From an uncultured delta proteobacterium (GTDB taxonomy: Bacteria; Desulfobacterota; Binatia; Binatales; Binataceae), in contig CAWEEQ010000004.1 in assembly GCA_963808235.1 (NCBI GenBank), positions 960,001-1,024,000 on the forward strand: a stretch of 64,000 nucleotides of DNA, in the 5' to 3' direction. The notes below the pieces were generated by a model. That model was not told the DNA's origin, ran no database searches, and saw only the letters and a list, made by a program, of their open reading frames with translations. Each line of letters begins with the position of its first letter. Positions within the stretch are counted from its first letter, which is position 1. The translations under genes and the position numbers were made by a program. Shown in pieces: positions 60,181-64,000 of the stretch.

Positions 60181-61332
60181 ATGGAAGACCTCATTACACG
60201 CACCGGCGGTGAGCGCGATACGCGGGCGGGCAAACTGATTCCTTCGTTCGTGATCGATACCGCCGGTGCGCCCGCCTCTCAAAAGAATCCCGGAGCCGAC
60301 CAATCCGATCCGTCGGCGCCGGAATGGATCGAGCTGCTCCCGGCCGGGATCTTTTTCGGACGCGACGGCCGCGGACCATTTCGGCTCGACGATCCGGACG
60401 CGGTTATCGAATCCACCGAGGCGCTGCAGATGAATGCGGGCCTGCCGATCGACTACGACCATGCGACCGATTTCGGCGCGCCCGAAGGCCGCCCGGCGCC
60501 GGCCGCGGGATGGATTCGCGAGCTTGCGGTGCGCGACGGAGCGCTCTGGGGGCGGGTCGAATGGACCGCGCGCGCGGCCGATTCGATCGTCGCGCGCGAG
60601 TATCGCTACGTGTCGCCGGTATTCCAGTTCGATCCAAAAAATGGCGCGGTTACCCGTCTCTTGCGGGCCGGTCTGACCAACAATCCAAATTTGCATTTGA
60701 CCGCAATTGCGGCCGCTGAAACGGCGGCCGTCAAGGAAGTGACGATGGAAGTTCCAAGCAATGAAATTCAGGAACTGCGCGAGTTGCTCGGTCTCGACGC
60801 GGACGCGTCGGGCGCCGCCATGATCGCGAGAGTTCGCGAAATATGCGCGGCGTCACGAGCCCCGCAGCTCGCGGCCGGAGCGCATGCGCACGACCCGGCG
60901 CATTACGTGGCGATCGCGGAATTCGAGCGCGCCCTTACCGAGCTCAACGCGCTCAAACTGGAGCGCGCGCGTGAGCGCGCGGCGCACACCGTCGAAGACG
61001 CGATTCGCGCCGGAAAAATCGTGCCCGCACAGCGCGAGTGGGCAATCAGCTACTGCGCCGCGGACCCGCGCGCCTTCGCCGCGTTCGCGAAACGGCAGCC
61101 GTCGATCCTGGGCGGCGATTTGGGACTGGGCGGCGAGCCTCCCGTCGAACGACGGCTCGGGATGCTCAGCGCGGCCGAACTGGTCATTTGCGCGCAGCTC
61201 GGACTCAAGCATTCGGAATTTATTCAACGCAAACGCGGACGCGCCGATTTTCTCAAGCTCGAGCGCGCCGATGCCGATGGCCGCAGCGCGGAATTCCGCA
61301 ACCCCGATTCCCTGAACGACAATCAGGACTAA
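60181..61332 (+). CDS. Mu-like prohead protease I (gp32) with scaffold C-terminus
   Basis: PEWIELLPAG.F.GRDGRG, IDYDH, APAAGWI, VEWT..A, EYRYVSPVF, AGLTNNPNL, GKIVPAQREWA. Confidence 0.93.
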   Translation: MEDLITRTGGERDTRAGKLIPSFVIDTAGAPASQKNPGADQSDPSAPEWIELLPAGIFFGRDGRGPFRLDDPDAVIESTEALQMNAGLPIDYDHATDFGAPEGRPAPAAGWIRELAVRDGALWGRVEWTARAADSIVAREYRYVSPVFQFDPKNGAVTRLLRAGLTNNPNLHLTAIAAAETAAVKEVTMEVPSNEIQELRELLGLDADASGAAMIARVREICAASRAPQLAAGAHAHDPAHYVAIAEFERALTELNALKLERARERAAHTVEDAIRAGKIVPAQREWAISYCAADPRAFAAFAKRQPSILGGDLGLGGEPPVERRLGMLSAAELVICAQLGLKHSEFIQRKRGRADFLKLERADADGRSAEFRNPDSLNDNQD

Positions 61333-61359
61333 TCGAATCGAAATCGACAAGGTGAAAAG

Positions 61360-61842
61360 ATGGCGGCTCTAACCAATTCCCGTAACACGCCCGAGATGGC
61401 CGATGGCGGCAGGATGCGCGTGTATCCGGTCGAGGCCAACACCAACGTTTACTTAGGCAGCATCGTCGCGCTCAACAGTGCGGGCAACGCCGTTCCGGCC
61501 TCCGCGACTACCACCACGGCCAACGCGCTCAAGGTGATCGGCCGCGCCGAGTATGTGAAGAGCGGCATCCCCGGCCAGAACGCGATCAACAACCCGGGCG
61601 CCGCCGGCGCGATTTCGATCACCGCGCGCAAGGGCGTCTTCATGTACTCGACCGACGGATCGGTCGGCGCTGCGCAGGTCGGACTCACCTGCTTTGCGCT
61701 CGACGACAACACCGTCACCGCGGCCGATCGCGCAAGCGGCGCATCGGTGCAGCAATACGCGGCCGCCGGACAGGTGGTTGCGATCGATCCGAGCGGGCAG
61801 GTGTGGGTCGATTTCTGGCATCAGGCAACCGTGACCGCGTAA
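61360..61842 (+). CDS. capsid cement/decoration protein
   Basis: MAALT..RNTP, YPV.A, G.AVPA, VG..CFALDDNTV, AG.VV..D..G.VWV; located between protease and major head. Confidence 0.8.
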   Translation: MAALTNSRNTPEMADGGRMRVYPVEANTNVYLGSIVALNSAGNAVPASATTTTANALKVIGRAEYVKSGIPGQNAINNPGAAGAISITARKGVFMYSTDGSVGAAQVGLTCFALDDNTVTAADRASGASVQQYAAAGQVVAIDPSGQVWVDFWHQATVTA

Positions 61843-61878
61843 CGAATCACGATGACTTCATTTAGAGGATCAAATTAG

Positions 61879-62823
61879 ATGGAAATCAGTGCTGCGAATC
61901 TGACCGCGTTGTTCACCGGCTTCGACGTAGTTTTCCAGCGTGGATTCGAGAAGCCACCGTCGTACTACGAACAGATAACCTCAGTGGTGCGCTCCGCCTC
62001 GCGCCAGACTACCTATCCATGGCTCGGGCGGACGACCAAGTTCCGCGAATGGCTCGGCGATCGCGTCGTGCAGGCGCTCGAGACCCACGCATACACGATC
62101 GTCAATAAAAATTTCGAAGACACCGTGGCGATCGATCGCAACGATATCGAAGACGATACCTACGGCGCCTACGAGCCGATCATCGAGCAGCTCGGATGGG
62201 ACACCAAGGTTCATCCCGACATGCTGCTCTTCGCGATGATCAAAGACGCGGTCGTAAATCCCACCGATGTCGTCGGCTTCGACGGGGTGCCGTTCTTTTC
62301 CGCCAGCCATCCGGTCGGCCTGATGGGCCAGGCGGGGACCACGGCGGCCAATATCAACACCACCGGCTCGGGACCTTACTGGTACTTGCTCGACGCGTCG
62401 CGGGTGATCCGCCCGTTCATCTTTCAGCTCCGCCGCGAATACGCCGTCACCCGGATGAACACGGTGACCGACGAAGCGGTCTTCAACCGGCGCGAGTTCC
62501 GTTACGGCGTCGACGGGCGCGCAAACACCGGAGTCGGGCTCTGGCAGCTCGCGTACGCAAGCAACACCGATCTCAGCAATCCCGCGAACTACGGTGCGGT
62601 GCGCGCCGCGATGCGCGCGTTCAAGACCGACGCCGGACAGCCCTTCGGCGCATTGTCGAGCCGCACCGGCGTCTACCTGCTGGTCCCGCCCGCGCTCGAA
62701 GAAGTCGCGCGCCAACTTCTGAATTCGGAGTTCATGGCCGGAACCGGCGCCAGCGCATCGGTCTCAACCTCGAACATCTGGCGCAACAGCGCGGACCTCA
62801 TAGTCAGCGAGTTCCTGGCCTAA
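61879..62823 (+). CDS. Mu-like major head subunit gpT
   Basis: YPWLG...FREWLGDR, NKNFEDTVAIDRNDIEDD, FDG.PFF...HP, WYLLD...P.IFQ.R, YGVDGR. Confidence 0.95.
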   Translation: MEISAANLTALFTGFDVVFQRGFEKPPSYYEQITSVVRSASRQTTYPWLGRTTKFREWLGDRVVQALETHAYTIVNKNFEDTVAIDRNDIEDDTYGAYEPIIEQLGWDTKVHPDMLLFAMIKDAVVNPTDVVGFDGVPFFSASHPVGLMGQAGTTAANINTTGSGPYWYLLDASRVIRPFIFQLRREYAVTRMNTVTDEAVFNRREFRYGVDGRANTGVGLWQLAYASNTDLSNPANYGAVRAAMRAFKTDAGQPFGALSSRTGVYLLVPPALEEVARQLLNSEFMAGTGASASVSTSNIWRNSADLIVSEFLA

Positions 62824-62907
62824 AGGGGCATGGCGATGAAACCCGTCTCTATGATCCGGCTTGCCGCGGGTCCCCCTCCTGCTCGCGGCGCCGGAGTTCG
62901 GACCGAC

Positions 62908-62949
62908 TCTTCGCGGGTGCAGACAACCAGTCTCGCACCCGCGGAGAGA
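62908..62949 (+). other. long GC-rich stem-loop between major head and gp36
   Basis: CTCTTCGCGGGTGCAGAC...GTCTCGCACCCGCGGAGAG imperfect inverted repeat; no U-tract. Confidence 0.45.
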
Positions 62950-62985
62950 CCTCTCAGCATCAAGTGAGTATATGAGGCCAATCCA

Positions 62986-63420
62986 GTGAGTTACGCGACC
63001 GCCCAGGATGTGATTAATCGATACCCTAATCGCGATCTCGTCCAACTGACTAATGAAGATCCAACCGCAACTACCGTAAATACAGCGCCGATCACGCAAG
63101 CGCTCGGCGACGCATCTGCGGAAATCGACGGATATATCGAAGGGCGCTTCACGCTCCCGCTGACCGATCCGCCCGCGGTGCTCAACCGGCTCGCGACCGA
63201 TATCGCGATGTACCGGATGCAGTCGCTGCGGCCGCTGCACGACCTCGAAGACGCGCGCAAGCGTTACGAAGACGCGATCGCGATGCTCGCGAAGGTTGCG
63301 TCGGGCGACCTCACCCTCGGCCTCTCCGCCGACGGTCAGGAACCGGCGAATGCCAAAGCGGTCGAAACCGTCGATGGACCCAAACGCGTGTTCAATCGCC
63401 GCAAACTGAAGGGCTACTGA
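62986..63420 (+). CDS. Mu gp36 / DUF1320 head-tail adaptor
   Basis: YAT..D, L.QLT, AL.DASAEIDGY...RF.LPL, DIAMYR, RYEDA...L..VA.G...LG. Confidence 0.92.
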   Translation: MSYATAQDVINRYPNRDLVQLTNEDPTATTVNTAPITQALGDASAEIDGYIEGRFTLPLTDPPAVLNRLATDIAMYRMQSLRPLHDLEDARKRYEDAIAMLAKVASGDLTLGLSADGQEPANAKAVETVDGPKRVFNRRKLKGY

Positions 63421-63421
63421 G

Positions 63422-64000
63422 ATGGGTGTCATGCTCGACTCGCCATGGGCCGGCACTACCTTCGCGCCGCCGACCCCGCTCGACATCGCGACTATCGAAG
63501 CCGCAATCGTCGCGCAACTGCGATCGCAAATTACCGCGATCGAAATCGCGCACTATCCCGACCGTCCCGAGACCTGGCGCATGACCCATCGCGTCGGCGC
63601 GGCGCTCGTGATCTACAAGGGCGCGCAATACGGCGACCTGCTCGACACCGCCGCCGTCATCCAGGAACGCAAGCTCGAGTTCGAAGTGGCGGTGATGATG
63701 CGCGATCTCGGATGGGCGGTGGGTGGCGATGCGTCCGGGCCGAGCCCCGGCGCCTACTCGATCATCGAAAGCATCCGCACCGCTCTGACCGGATTTCAAA
63801 TCGCGGGATGCCGCAAGATGTACCCGCTGCGCGAGAAATTCCTGAAGCGCGACAAGCAAGGCGGCGTCTGGACTTACGCATCGACGTTCGCGCTCACCAC
63901 GATGGCGGTCGAAGGCTCGCCGCCGGAAAATTTCCCGCTCTTCATCAAAGGCATCGCGTTGGAAGAAGGCGGCCTGACCTCGATCGCAGTCGGCGCGGCC
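63422..64000 (+). CDS. Mu gp37-like tail terminator (runs off window)
   Basis: Manual translation: IEAAIVAQLR...HYPDRPE...HRVGAALV.Y.G...QER.LEF.V...GAY..IE.IR.ALTGF....C. Confidence 0.8.
   Translation, partial: MGVMLDSPWAGTTFAPPTPLDIATIEAAIVAQLRSQITAIEIAHYPDRPETWRMTHRVGAALVIYKGAQYGDLLDTAAVIQERKLEFEVAVMMRDLGWAVGGDASGPSPGAYSIIESIRTALTGFQIAGCRKMYPLREKFLKRDKQGGVWTYASTFALTTMAVEGSPPENFPLFIKGIALEEGGLTSIAVGAA

Larger units (their letters stand above)
36428..64000. mobile_element. Mu-like phage-derived gene cluster, split and lacking transposase in this window
   Basis: Mu gene order repressor-Mor-lysis-gp25-29 ... I-cement-T-gp36-gp37. Confidence 0.85.

Overview
GC-rich bacterial chromosomal window. 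The gene repertoire (many LLM/F420 oxidoreductases, SDRs, amidohydrolases, steroid-type enzymes, secreted NHL/SBBP proteins with Thr-rich stalks) suggests a Candidatus Binatota-like soil bacterium; this is an inference. Positions 1-36.4 kb are host metabolism: amidohydrolases, RNB ribonuclease, LOG protein, ketosteroid-type dehydrogenase plus hydrolase, an L-rhamnose cluster, SDRs, cardiolipin synthase, carboxyltransferase and GST. This part also holds an XRE / ABC-permease / desaturase / GNAT-like / IrrE-like locus. From 36.4 kb to the end lies a Mu-like phage gene set: S24 repressor, Mor-like activator, lysis genes, gp25-gp29, then protease I, capsid cement, major head T, gp36 and gp37. It lacks the transposase/early region and gp30/gp31, carries the same palindromic repeats as host intergenic DNA, and is split by about 13.7 kb of non-phage genes, yet its morphogenesis ORFs are open. 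The leading hypothesis is a domesticated Mu-derived particle system (GTA-like). Several single-base frameshifts between 15 and 37 kb look like assembly errors. No rRNA, tRNA or CRISPR array was seen.
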